From Clostridia bacterium (GTDB taxonomy: Bacteria; Bacillota; Clostridia; JAAYHZ01): a DNA stretch of 64,000 nucleotides. A program made the translations under genes and the position numbers. The stretch covers positions 32,001-96,000 of the forward strand of contig JBMNIH010000002.1 of NCBI GenBank assembly GCA_050950825.1, read 5' to 3'. The notes beneath the pieces are model-generated. The model did no database searches. It was not told where the DNA came from and saw only the letters and a program-made list of their open reading frames with translations. Below, piece by piece: positions 9,048 to 19,038 of this stretch. Positions within the stretch are counted from its first letter, which is position 1. Each line of letters starts with the position of its first letter.

Positions 9048-10001
9048 TCATAGATAATGGATTCTTTGCTTGATCTCACTTTTCCTCAGCAAATTTCTCA
9101 TAATTTCTTTGCATTTTGGCATGTTCATCATTTGAAATCCTTTTTTGTTTAGCCGTGCTATTTGCGACAAAGTCAGATTACCGATTATTTTACCGATTTC
9201 CTTGTATCCTAAGTTGCATAAGCATCGAATTAAGAAAACGGCAACGGCTTTTATAGGAGCAAGGCTTCGATCGTATTTCACCTTGATTAAATCCGTATCC
9301 GGTATGCCGAATTCTTCGGCAACGGTGTGCAAAACGGTTTCCGGATCCAAATCACGCTTGTATACGGTTCGTTCGCTGCGATACTCGTAGGCAGGTTTAT
9401 GTATAAATTCATCAATCCTTTCAAAAAGCTTTTGGTCGATTACAACTCTTCCAAGTCTCGACACGAATTCTACGTACCGCTTTAACGCCTCATCGGGCTT
9501 ATGATGAAACTTTGACAAAATGTATTCTTTATCGATCAGTCCGAATTCGTCTTCCTTTTGTCCGATGTATATGCCGTAAGAGGAAAACGGATAGTCCCGG
9601 ACACAATCACGATATCGTGATATGTCTTTCGGATTGTTATGAATGTACGCAGATACTACCAATTCATAACGCTCGTTCTCAATCACAACATTTTTATATC
9701 GGTCTTGAAACAAGGGACCTAAGCGTTTGTATTTCCGATTGTAGTACAGAACATAGCTTAAGTTGAGGCCTTGCATAAATTTGGACATGTCACAGCCTTG
9801 AGGATCAAAATGAATGTGCACGTGAGTGTCCATAAGACAATAAGCCAAAATTTTGCATTGGTATTTTCTTTGGTATTTTGCCATGCGTTTTAAATATTCT
9901 CTTTTGTCTTCATCGTCTCGGAACAATTTTATCTCGCTGATACTCCTGCACATAATGTGATGATTCGCTTCGGGATTTTTCTTTCGTGCCGTTCTTGCCA
10001 T
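9048..10001 (-). CDS. RAYT-like HUH/Y1 tyrosine transposase with C-terminal DnaA-domain-IV-like HTH
   Basis: YCLMDTHVH (HUH), LFQDRY, AYIHNNP (catalytic Tyr), YPFSSY; tail VAEEFGI...LGYKEIGKIIG; no tnpB adjacent. Confidence 0.85.
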   Translation of the reverse strand: MARTARKKNPEANHHIMCRSISEIKLFRDDEDKREYLKRMAKYQRKYQCKILAYCLMDTHVHIHFDPQGCDMSKFMQGLNLSYVLYYNRKYKRLGPLFQDRYKNVVIENERYELVVSAYIHNNPKDISRYRDCVRDYPFSSYGIYIGQKEDEFGLIDKEYILSKFHHKPDEALKRYVEFVSRLGRVVIDQKLFERIDEFIHKPAYEYRSERTVYKRDLDPETVLHTVAEEFGIPDTDLIKVKYDRSLAPIKAVAVFLIRCLCNLGYKEIGKIIGNLTLSQIARLNKKGFQMMNMPKCKEIMRNLLRKSEIKQRIHYL

Positions 10002-10129
10002 ATTCTTTCACACTAAAACAACCGTTTTCCTCATTATATAGCAAGCGTTAAACATTAAGTGAGTTTCATAGCAAATGAGATTCATCTTCTTGTATTTTGA
10101 CGGTTTCTGTCGAAGAGTATTTATAAATA

Positions 10130-10180
10130 GGAAGGGGACGTTCCTTCAATTCGGATGAGAATTCGGTACCGTCCCCTACC
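10130..10180. repeat. REP-like imperfect hairpin of two degenerate repeat units upstream of the RAYT
   Basis: GGAAGGGGACG...CGTCCCCTACC arms with inner AATTC/GAATT; minus strand starts GTAG-GGGACG. Confidence 0.7.
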
Positions 10181-10186
10181 CTTACG

Positions 10187-11770
10187 TTATTTACATCTGT
10201 CAGCAACCTTTTGCATATTTCCGGCAAGAATCATCAATTTCTGATCAATAGGAACATCAGCGTAAACCACCCATCCCAATTGCTGTCTCGGATCTCTCAT
10301 GGGTGCATCCGTACCGAACATGAATTTTTCGGGTCCGATTTTTTCAGATAAATATTCCACCATACCCCACGGAACCGTTGTATAGGTCAATTGCAAATAG
10401 ACATTCGGATTTGCCAATGCAACCTCCGAATAATCATCCGCCACTTCGTAGGACCGTCCTCCATGATCCATAAAGAAGGAAACGTTCGGATATCTCTTTG
10501 CCAATTCATCGATATCTTGCATGTATTGACCGTGGTTATACCCTCCGGGGTCGGCTAAGCAAAAGAGGTGTTTATCATTTGCCAACTCCCACCACTTTTC
10601 ATATCTTTTATCCGTATATCGGAGATGAGAAAGGTTATAAAAAGGCTTTAATCCTTTAAATCCATACTGAACATGCCATTTATAGACATCGGCAGCAACG
10701 TCTTCCGAATAATTGGGGTCGATATTGGCATAACCTAGAACTCTATCAGGATACTTTTTCATAGCATTTAAGGTAATATAATTACCGCCTTCATAATCGG
10801 CAAAAATTGTGAGCCATGCGGCTATGGTCATTTTATCGATTCCCAAGCAATCGTATGCTTTAACCATATTGTCAATGTCCGATTTCAACATCGGTCTTCC
10901 TGTACCGTGACAACCTCCGTCTTCAATCAGATGAGTATGCGAATCAAAAACCGGTACACTGATAGGTTTTCCCAACGCGGCTTCGGTCATCAGAAAATCA
11001 CCGTCCGGTAACTTAACGGCTTTCGGTTCTATACCGGTTAGTCTTGCTATGTTTTTGTAAGCGATCATATCCTTCTCTTCTTCGGATATTCTTGCATAAT
11101 CAATAAGTGCTCTATGAGCTCCCGGACTTTTGAAAGGCATATTGGTTCCGAATACAAAGCGATGGGCACCGAACTTTTCGCACAAATACTCGATGTTTTC
11201 ATTGCTTTGGAATGAAGTAAAATCCGTGTATGTATTCGGGTACTTGGTCATTATGCTGTATAAGTACCTTTCTTGTCCCCATGATGCCCCCTGAAGAATA
11301 ACATGCAAACCGGGATGATGAGATAAAACGGCATTTAAGTCGTTATACGAAACTTCATACCAATCTATCAAAAGAGGAATCCCTGCTTTCTCTAAACCCG
11401 TAAGTTGTTTTCCTACCGTATCTTCATCAAATGAATAAAAATGCTTGCTTGGAAACATCTTTGCTAAACGAATATTGTTTTCTTTCATTTGTGTAATAAA
11501 CGTGTCAATATCGGGGAAATCACCGCATCCATCCGGTAATAACACCCAACAACCGTATAAACGATCACTTTTCTTCAGTTCGTCAAGTAAAAGACGGTTT
11601 CCGTATTCAGGCGAATAATGTTTTGCCAATCCATGATATGCAAATGCAGCGGCAATTCCCGTACGATCCATTTCACGCAAGATATCTTCTGTTTTCCATT
11701 TTTGCGCGGGATGCTTGTAGGCATACTTACCGAGACATAAATCACTATCAATATATATTCGATTTTTCAT
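10187..11770 (-). CDS. Tandem amidohydrolase_2-domain protein
   Basis: Two TIM-barrel repeats ending FVFGTNMP and FMFGTDAP; DSHTH metal motif only in second. Confidence 0.8.
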   Translation of the reverse strand: MKNRIYIDSDLCLGKYAYKHPAQKWKTEDILREMDRTGIAAAFAYHGLAKHYSPEYGNRLLLDELKKSDRLYGCWVLLPDGCGDFPDIDTFITQMKENNIRLAKMFPSKHFYSFDEDTVGKQLTGLEKAGIPLLIDWYEVSYNDLNAVLSHHPGLHVILQGASWGQERYLYSIMTKYPNTYTDFTSFQSNENIEYLCEKFGAHRFVFGTNMPFKSPGAHRALIDYARISEEEKDMIAYKNIARLTGIEPKAVKLPDGDFLMTEAALGKPISVPVFDSHTHLIEDGGCHGTGRPMLKSDIDNMVKAYDCLGIDKMTIAAWLTIFADYEGGNYITLNAMKKYPDRVLGYANIDPNYSEDVAADVYKWHVQYGFKGLKPFYNLSHLRYTDKRYEKWWELANDKHLFCLADPGGYNHGQYMQDIDELAKRYPNVSFFMDHGGRSYEVADDYSEVALANPNVYLQLTYTTVPWGMVEYLSEKIGPEKFMFGTDAPMRDPRQQLGWVVYADVPIDQKLMILAGNMQKVADRCK

Positions 11771-11868
11771 TGAAAACCTCCAATAATAGAGTCGGTATAA
11801 CTATACTGGAATGATTGTAGCACAGTATGGGTATAAGCTTTCCGCGTATTTTTGGTTTATTTAGAATT

Positions 11869-11886
11869 ATTGAGAACCGTCCCTTC
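11869..11886 (+). repeat. RAYT-associated repeat copy
   Basis: ATTGAGAACCGTCCCTTC, intergenic. Confidence 0.85.
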
Positions 11887-11906
11887 CAAAAAAAATATCC
11901 CTTCCT

Positions 11907-11958
11907 AATAAAACGACACCTCTCCGATTCAATTGTATAAGTCGAAGAGATGTCGTTT
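11907..11958 (-). terminator. Probable terminator of the solute-binding protein gene
   Basis: AAACGACA...TGTCGTTT long imperfect stem with minus-strand T-tract. Confidence 0.6.
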
Positions 11959-12000
11959 ACTTTGCTTATGGATAACTCCGTTTATAGAGCAGTTTTTATT

Positions 12001-13836
12001 TTATTTTTGTTGTCTATAATAATTGTAAGTCTTAATGTCATCGCTGTTCCAGAATTTTACCCACTCGCTTAACCCTGCGGCATAAATCTGATCGATGTAC
12101 TGTTCCCATTCAGAGTCAATATTGGATATTTGTCCGCCCCAAACTCTTTTTGTAAATTCACTATGGACGGTATTGATCTGGCTGTTCGTTTCGTTTCGGA
12201 GCTCCGTAAATTCTTCATATTTATCTGCCGGCATCGTATATTGGCTGTACAATTTATCGGGCAATATCCATAAGCTGTCACCAAACCAGCCGTCCGGACT
12301 ATACTGATTCCAGTATTCGATAAACTGTATGTAGAAGGCATCAAAATTGAAGTACACGTTAATATTATCAATAAAGTTCAGATTTCCGAATTGACCGAAC
12401 GCAGTCGTTCCTTTACCTGCATATTTCGGCGGGATCTTCTCCGGATCCGTAAATATAATGGGGCTGTTCATAGGTTCACCGGACCATTGGTAATGCACAC
12501 CTTCGATCCCCCATTTATAACGCATCCAATCTTCTCCGAAGTATGCATATTCAATCATTTGGAAGATTCGAGCGAGTTTTTCATCCGAAACGTTACCGAC
12601 AAGATACATCATGGTGCTCCAGTTAAACGCTTGGTGAGGACGGAAATTACCGTTTTCTCCGGGAACAGGAGTAATAACAAAAGTAGCATTCGGGTCCACA
12701 TTGTTCAAGATGTTTGCAGGAGGCCATTCGTTTCCGTCGCTATATCCTAAACCTAAAACTCTCGGCGCGCCTAAAGTATTCATAAAGCCCACTTTACCTG
12801 TATTCCAAATGGCCCTCAATTCCAAATGATAAGCCAATTCTCCGGGAATCCATCTCATATACCCTTTGTCAAGCATTCTCATTAAAAAGCTTAAATTGTC
12901 TTTGTATGGCGTATAGGCGAAATACGGAACATAATCACCCGTCACAGGATCTTTATAAAAATGAGAAGCGTCTTGGTCAAAACCGAACATGTTGTATGAT
13001 ATGTATCGGTCGTACGCGGAGTTTGCAAAGGGCGATCCGTAGGTATCATCGACTCCGTTTCCATCGGGATCGTCTTCTGTAAAGGCTCTTAATAATTCCT
13101 CGACTTCATCGACGGTAAATTTCGTTGTTGAAAAGTATACGCGGTCATTCCATCTATCCGGATTTAAGGCGCTTACCATTACCGTGAGATTGTCCATTTC
13201 ATATCCTAAGTTTTCAAGCCAATCCAGTCTCCACATCGGTACCCATCCGGTATGGCGGGATAACGGTGTGTACAAGGCTAATCCGTAATACTCGTCGGTA
13301 GTACCCTCTACCAAGTTAAAGCTTAAGCCTAACGGATCCTCTTGAATGAGCTTGTAATAACTGGGATAATACTGCTGAATCATTTTTAACGGTATTGTTC
13401 TTCCAAGTCCGTTGTCATACATGTATTTTCCCGTCGTATAGTAAAAACCATAATCGGGAACGTCACCGGCTGCCAACATCATTTGGACTTGCTCCATATT
13501 GTTCGAGTCAACGAGGATATTCCACATTTTAATGTCTACATTGAATTTCTCCTCTAACTCCAGTTCATCCCATCTGCCTTCCTCATATAAATGGGATGAA
13601 TAGGTGCCAACCAACCAATTAATCGTCATTTTCTCTGCAAAAGGATTTTGAACTTCCGTTGTTGCATCTGCTTTTGTAGTTGTAGTCGTTGCCGCAGCCG
13701 TTGTCGTGACAGCCGAAGTTTGAGCCTTCGTTGTTATCGCCCCTGTTGTTGTCTGAGCAGGAGCTTCGCTTTGGGAGGAACAAGCCACAAACGAGACAAG
13801 CATTACAAAAGCAAGAACTATTGATAACTTTTTCAT
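12001..13836 (-). CDS. Extracellular solute-binding lipoprotein (ABC family 1, LplA-like), orphan
   Basis: Lipobox FVAC, Thr/Ala linker, MLAAGDVPD, RLDWLENLG, FTEDDPDGNGVDDTYG, WGIEGVHY; ATG 13836 after GGAGGG. Confidence 0.85.
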   Translation of the reverse strand: MKKLSIVLAFVMLVSFVACSSQSEAPAQTTTGAITTKAQTSAVTTTAAATTTTTKADATTEVQNPFAEKMTINWLVGTYSSHLYEEGRWDELELEEKFNVDIKMWNILVDSNNMEQVQMMLAAGDVPDYGFYYTTGKYMYDNGLGRTIPLKMIQQYYPSYYKLIQEDPLGLSFNLVEGTTDEYYGLALYTPLSRHTGWVPMWRLDWLENLGYEMDNLTVMVSALNPDRWNDRVYFSTTKFTVDEVEELLRAFTEDDPDGNGVDDTYGSPFANSAYDRYISYNMFGFDQDASHFYKDPVTGDYVPYFAYTPYKDNLSFLMRMLDKGYMRWIPGELAYHLELRAIWNTGKVGFMNTLGAPRVLGLGYSDGNEWPPANILNNVDPNATFVITPVPGENGNFRPHQAFNWSTMMYLVGNVSDEKLARIFQMIEYAYFGEDWMRYKWGIEGVHYQWSGEPMNSPIIFTDPEKIPPKYAGKGTTAFGQFGNLNFIDNINVYFNFDAFYIQFIEYWNQYSPDGWFGDSLWILPDKLYSQYTMPADKYEEFTELRNETNSQINTVHSEFTKRVWGGQISNIDSEWEQYIDQIYAAGLSEWVKFWNSDDIKTYNYYRQQK

Positions 13837-13980
13837 AATATATCCCTCCAATTTTATCTATTAAAAATGTTATCTAATATCAACCTTACATTAATAGTTA
13901 ATCGGAGTAAATATAACAAATGGACATATCATTTATTTATATGTCCGGATATTTACAACTGTTTAGTTACTTCATTCTTT

Positions 13981-13998
13981 GAAGGGACGGTTCTCAAT
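13981..13998 (-). repeat. RAYT-associated repeat copy
   Basis: GAAGGGACGGTTCTCAAT, exact reverse complement of 11869-11886. Confidence 0.85.
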
Positions 13999-14096
13999 TT
14001 TTATTGTTTTCACTCATTAAATTTGCTACATTATAGAAAATACGGCCTTGCTTTTGTTACATATATCATGCAGTAAATGCATGAAAGGAGGACAGC

Positions 14097-15905
14097 ATGA
14101 AATATCAAGAATTAGGATACCCCTGCAGGAATTTCTGCATCATGGCATCGGAAAGGTTTTTAGATCCTTTGGATCAAAAACAAAAATTCGCACTTTCAAG
14201 CTTCGTTGCAGGAGGAACAGGAATCATCGCAATTATCGATATTGAATCCGGTAATGGCGAAAGAATTGAAATTCCCGCCGATGAGGGCGCTTGGGCTTTA
14301 CTATGTTGGAATAATGAAAGACTCTTGGTCGGTACGTGTTCAAGATACGGATATTTACATTGTTTGGATCTGAAAACGAGAACATGGTTGCCCTCATTAA
14401 AAGATGAGCATGAAAAGTATTTTTGGAACCTTGTAGAAGGGTCCGACGGACGTATTTACGGCGGAACTTGGCCGGGAGGAGTATTGCTTCGATACAATCC
14501 GGTTGAGCACAAACTTGAAAACATGGGCAGAATGTCTCCTTATGAAGGAAACAATTATACACGTCCTTTATATAATGGGGTTACGGGGAAAATATTCTTA
14601 ACATCCGGATATAAAAACACACATATGGTGTCTTGGGATATTGAAGGTGAAAAGTATACGAAGTTCGGTAACGAAGGAACAATGGTCAAAGAAGCAAATG
14701 AACATTTTGTATGCGGAATTAACGATAAAAGCAAAGAATTGTATTTTTACGATCCCTATACACTGGAACAAATCGAAGATGTTGTGAATTATGAAAAAAT
14801 GAATTTGGCAAATATTAAAAACCCTTATATTTTGGATTATCTTCGCAATTTTAAATACACCGGTGAGCACGGAGGTCCCAATGTTCGAAAGCCAAAATGG
14901 GATCCCGCTGAAGTGAAGTGCGGTGTTGCAGGACAAAGCTATTATATCGAACAACCGGACGGAAGTCGTGAATATAAGAGGATTCCGGTGGAAGCTCCTC
15001 CTACAGCTATTTTGACAGTAGCTTATGACGGGAAAGATACAATTTGGGGATCCAGCGGATTGGGCCAAACGATTTTTTCATACAATATAAATACAGGAGA
15101 ATATAACAATACACTGGAGGTTTCTACCTTCGGAGGCGAAGTATACGGAATTTGTCCTATTGAAGATCGTCTTTACTTAACAAGCTATTGCGGAGGAGAT
15201 CACACCGTATATTATCCCGACCGCCCGTGGGAACAAGGAATCAATCCTAAATCTATCGAAGTATTGAATCCTCGCTATATTCGACCTCACACTCGAAGCG
15301 TGATCGGGGCTGACGGTAATGTGTGGACCGGTTGGATGGCCAATTACGGTACCTACGGTGGAGCCATCAGCAAAATCGATGTAAAAACCGATCATGTTTC
15401 CGTCTATGAAAATATTATTCCCGAACAAGGAATTGAATCTATAGTTGCAGGGAAAAATGCCGTTTTCTTCTCTACAACCGGCCAAGGCAACGGCCTTCCC
15501 TATCGAAACATCCCGGTTTGGCTTGTAAAAATGGATTACGAAGGCAATGTTTTGTGGAAGGAAGAGTTTGATACTGAACACAAACTCGGTTCGATGGCTA
15601 TAATTGATGATTTATTGTTTGTTAAAACCGGCAACGAAATTACGGTATTCGATGCGAACAGTATGAATCGAATAACGGTATTAAACTATCAGGTTACCGA
15701 CAACGGTCCTCCTTTAACAGGATTGCTTGCTTACGACCATGAAACTCTTGTTGTTTTCCACTGCCGAGAAGCTTTATTTGTGAAGGTTCCCGGGTTCGAA
15801 ATCATAAAAAAAGTAGAAACCGGAAGCGATATTCGATATGCTATTGTCGGCGATAAAAAACAGATCTATTTTGCCAAAGGTTCTTTGCTGTGTAAGTTAG
15901 GTTAA
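14097..15905 (+). CDS. Beta-propeller repeat protein of unknown function
   Basis: Blades such as GSDGRIYGGTWPGGVLLRYNP and GADGNVWTG; AAGGAGG RBS; no signal peptide. Confidence 0.65.
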   Translation: MKYQELGYPCRNFCIMASERFLDPLDQKQKFALSSFVAGGTGIIAIIDIESGNGERIEIPADEGAWALLCWNNERLLVGTCSRYGYLHCLDLKTRTWLPSLKDEHEKYFWNLVEGSDGRIYGGTWPGGVLLRYNPVEHKLENMGRMSPYEGNNYTRPLYNGVTGKIFLTSGYKNTHMVSWDIEGEKYTKFGNEGTMVKEANEHFVCGINDKSKELYFYDPYTLEQIEDVVNYEKMNLANIKNPYILDYLRNFKYTGEHGGPNVRKPKWDPAEVKCGVAGQSYYIEQPDGSREYKRIPVEAPPTAILTVAYDGKDTIWGSSGLGQTIFSYNINTGEYNNTLEVSTFGGEVYGICPIEDRLYLTSYCGGDHTVYYPDRPWEQGINPKSIEVLNPRYIRPHTRSVIGADGNVWTGWMANYGTYGGAISKIDVKTDHVSVYENIIPEQGIESIVAGKNAVFFSTTGQGNGLPYRNIPVWLVKMDYEGNVLWKEEFDTEHKLGSMAIIDDLLFVKTGNEITVFDANSMNRITVLNYQVTDNGPPLTGLLAYDHETLVVFHCREALFVKVPGFEIIKKVETGSDIRYAIVGDKKQIYFAKGSLLCKLG

Positions 15906-15912
15906 ACCGATG

Positions 15913-15951
15913 AAAAAAGCGGCTTCATCTCCTCAATGAAGTCGCTTTTTT
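15913..15951. terminator. Bidirectional terminator
   Basis: A6-GCGGCTTCAT...ATGAAGTCGC-T6 between convergent genes. Confidence 0.85.
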
Positions 15952-15953
15952 GT

Positions 15954-17342
15954 CTATTGTTCATTTTTGCTCTCTTTTTTTGACATGCTTTTACCTGCAA
16001 AAGAAACGAATATTCCGGAAAAGCAAAGTGCGGATATAACGGTAAATATTACTTTGATGGAAGACAACAATTCCGGAGCATGGTCGACAGCCATTTGAGC
16101 GGAGCCGATAGAGATGGTAATGATGGATGTCGCTAATCCCATACTTAATGTTTGCCCGATGGTTCGAGCTGAACCTAAAATACCCGACGCAACACCGTAA
16201 TACCGGTTTTCTACGGAGCTCATAATAGCGTTTGTATTCGGAGAGGTGAAGAATGCGAAACCAAAACCGATCACGACCAATGCACTCACTATATAAACAA
16301 TACCGGTTTGCAATTGTAAAAAGATAAAAAGCGTAAGGCCTAAAGTTGTAATGGCCATTCCCATCGAAGCTACCTTAATCGGGTGAATCCTGTCCGATAC
16401 TATTCCTGCAAGGGGCGATAATATTGCCATAACAACCGGTTGAGCCATTAATACCAGACCGGCTTGTGCCGGGTCATAACCTTTTATAATTTGTAAATAC
16501 AAACTTAGTAAATAACTAACGGCAAAGGTAGCGCTGTAATTAATTAATGCGGCTAGACTCGAAAAGAACAAAACCCTGTTTCCTTTAAGCAACTCTATAT
16601 CAAGCACAGGTTGTTGAACCTTTTTTTCGATAATTACAAATAAAAAGGCGGCAGCAATACCAAGTAAAATTAAAAGCCATCCAAAGCTTGTACTTATCCA
16701 TGAAAATCCCGTAATGATTAACAGAACCGATAACGCAAAAATAGCCGAACCTACGCCGTCAAATTTTTCAACGGTTGCAACCTTCCAATCTTGTTTTACG
16801 GTTAACAGAGATACGATTACGATTAAGCCGATGAATGCGATAAAAGTAAAAATACTTCTCCATCCAAAGTATTTCGTCAAAAGGCCGCCTAAATAAGGTC
16901 CGGTAGATAGTCCTACGTATGTCATTGCCACATTTAGCCCCAAAGCCTTTCCTCTTTTACCGGTAGGATAAACGGATGTCAGAATCGATACAACGGTCAC
17001 CGTTATGGTAGCGCTGCTTATTCCTTGAAATATCCGGCCGGCTATTAGCATATTAGCACTGTTTGAAATACCGCAGATAATGGAAGCGGCGGTAAATAGG
17101 ATTAGACCGATTAGAAGCAGTTTTTTCCTGCCTAAGATATCTGCCAATTTACCAAAAGGTAATACAAAAATAGCCATAAAAAGGGTATAGGACAAAGCGA
17201 CCCGGTTTAATAATATGGAATTCATAGGCAAATCATTGCTAATCGCAGGCAAAGCAATATTTACCGATGAAGTCATAAAAGGAATGATAAAAGCCCCTAA
17301 GCTCGTTGTAAACAATATAATCTTTTTATAGCTATCTTTCAT
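15954..17342 (-). CDS. MFS drug:H+ antiporter (DHA2, 14-TM type)
   Basis: VNIALP, GKLADILGRKK (motif A), GPYLGGLL, WRSIF; start at 17342 after GGAGG. Confidence 0.9.
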   Translation of the reverse strand: MKDSYKKIILFTTSLGAFIIPFMTSSVNIALPAISNDLPMNSILLNRVALSYTLFMAIFVLPFGKLADILGRKKLLLIGLILFTAASIICGISNSANMLIAGRIFQGISSATITVTVVSILTSVYPTGKRGKALGLNVAMTYVGLSTGPYLGGLLTKYFGWRSIFTFIAFIGLIVIVSLLTVKQDWKVATVEKFDGVGSAIFALSVLLIITGFSWISTSFGWLLILLGIAAAFLFVIIEKKVQQPVLDIELLKGNRVLFFSSLAALINYSATFAVSYLLSLYLQIIKGYDPAQAGLVLMAQPVVMAILSPLAGIVSDRIHPIKVASMGMAITTLGLTLFIFLQLQTGIVYIVSALVVIGFGFAFFTSPNTNAIMSSVENRYYGVASGILGSARTIGQTLSMGLATSIITISIGSAQMAVDHAPELLSSIKVIFTVISALCFSGIFVSFAGKSMSKKESKNEQ

Positions 17343-17590
17343 ATCAACCTCCATTAATACCGCTATTGCTAAAAGCTCAATAAACAAAGAAAATGAGATT
17401 TCGATTCTCTTCTTTGAGTAGCTTGTAGAAGCAAAAAATTGTTCCGACAAAAAAGATATTGCTGCGATGTAATAACTTTTTTCATAATTGTAACACAATC
17501 AGGATTTTTCAATCGAAGAAAATGTAATTGTAACAATGTTAACATAACGGAAATATACTATTGTAGCAATAAAATTTTGGAGAATATGAA

Positions 17591-18289
17591 ATGAATTACA
17601 TACCATATAACGGAAGATGCCCTGCAGATTTTATCACATATACAATCCGGCCCGGAGATACACTGTACAGCATTGCACAACAATTCAATGTCACTGTAAA
17701 TGATATTATGGCTGTTAATCCCGGTTTGCTACCGGAAAGCTTACAAGTTGCAAGAATTATTTGTATTCCGAAAAGCGATTCGCTCCAACCGCCTTGCAAT
17801 ACATCAAATTATTATGTTATTCAAAGCCAAGATACATTGTATGCCATTGCACATGCCTTTAATATTTCTCTGCAAAGCTTGATGGATGCAAACCCCGGAA
17901 TAAAGCCTGAATCTCTTCGCATTGGACAAATGATTTGCTTACCCGTTCAGCCTCTTCCCTATTTAATTACTATAAGTCTAAATGCGAAAACATTATCTTT
18001 CTATAGACAAGGAACATTCGTCAAAACATATCCCGTAGCCGTAGGAAAACCTTCAACACCAAGTCCAATCGGAACATTTGTAATCATAAATAAAGCAATG
18101 AATCCCGGCGGGCCATATGGAACAAGATGGATGGGATTGTCTGCAAGAGGATACGGTATTCATGGAACAAATAATCCTAGTTCGATAGGTACAAAAGCTT
18201 CTAACGGCTGTATTCGAATGTTTAACGATGATGTCAATGAACTTTATTCACAAGTGCCTATCGGAACAACCGTAATTATTTATAAATAA
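17591..18289 (+). CDS. LysM-LysM-L,D-transpeptidase (YkuD family)
   Basis: Two LysM repeats (GDTLYSIA, QDTLYAIA); YGIHGT...ASNGCIRM catalytic motif. Confidence 0.9.
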   Translation: MNYIPYNGRCPADFITYTIRPGDTLYSIAQQFNVTVNDIMAVNPGLLPESLQVARIICIPKSDSLQPPCNTSNYYVIQSQDTLYAIAHAFNISLQSLMDANPGIKPESLRIGQMICLPVQPLPYLITISLNAKTLSFYRQGTFVKTYPVAVGKPSTPSPIGTFVIINKAMNPGGPYGTRWMGLSARGYGIHGTNNPSSIGTKASNGCIRMFNDDVNELYSQVPIGTTVIIYK

Positions 18290-18312
18290 CCGATAATCAT
18301 GACGATACAATT

Positions 18313-18349
18313 AAAAAATAAGCGGAATATCATCTCGCTCCGCTTTTTT
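18313..18349. terminator. Terminator between convergent genes
   Basis: AAGCGGA...TCCGCTT with T-run. Confidence 0.7.
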
Positions 18350-18376
18350 AGCTTTTACAGATCGATGAATAGCTTA

Positions 18377-18868
18377 TTAAATTATAGAAGACCGGGTATC
18401 CGTGTCCTTTAAATTTACATTAATTGTATTTAAATCGAAAGATTGATTCGCTGCAATAAAAATACTAATGTGGTCTTGGATGTAATTGCCGCCTATAACT
18501 TCGTCACCGGTCGGTATATTAGAAAAATTAATGGTTCCTTTGTTTACCGAACCGTTAGGTTGACTTATTTGCTCCCATACATTTGGCAATTTTATGGTAA
18601 CCGGTGCATTTTCGCTTAAAATCGAATCTTTATATGTGATTTCCAATGAACAACGTGTAAAAACAATATTTTTATTCTCCGAGGAATAATGAATAGATAT
18701 ACGATCAACTTCATTTAAATATCGATTTGCAACCGATCTTTGAATACCGTATTGCAAATCGAAAACTTTCGCTTCGGATTTATCAGTCGAACCGGATTTT
18801 ACATATGATACGGTCCATCCGGGAGGAGTGTATATTTTAGGATTGGTTTTATTATCCACCGTTCTCAC
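18377..18868 (-). CDS. Hypothetical protein, possibly sporulation-expressed
   Basis: 163-aa ORF filling the gap; upstream TCACC-N15-CATATATT resembles a sigma-K/E promoter. Confidence 0.55.
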   Translation of the reverse strand: MRTVDNKTNPKIYTPPGWTVSYVKSGSTDKSEAKVFDLQYGIQRSVANRYLNEVDRISIHYSSENKNIVFTRCSLEITYKDSILSENAPVTIKLPNVWEQISQPNGSVNKGTINFSNIPTGDEVIGGNYIQDHISIFIAANQSFDLNTINVNLKDTDTRSSII

Positions 18869-18975
18869 CTCATTGTCTTTAGCACATAGCCGTTTTGTAT
18901 AATGACAATATATGCTAATAATAAAAATCGGTGATTCGGGACGAATTTTTAATATCGCTTCGTAAGTTCAAAATA

Positions 18976-19016
18976 AATGAGAACCGTCCGATTTAAAAAT
19001 GGGGACGGTTCTCATT
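18976..19016. repeat. Inverted pair of RAYT-associated repeats (14-bp perfect stem)
   Basis: AATGAGAACCGTCC-N13-GGACGGTTCTCATT. Confidence 0.85.
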
Positions 19017-19038
19017 CATTATTGAATTTAACAATGAT

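Noticed and set aside
9048-10001. Y1 gene as an IS200/IS605 element with TnpB
   Set aside because: 317 aa with RAYT-type motifs and an extra domain; no tnpB, and only 12 bp separate its stop from the convergent rhodanese gene
13655-13760. GTT/GCC-rich low-complexity tract
   Set aside because: Encodes the Thr/Ala linker of the lipoprotein
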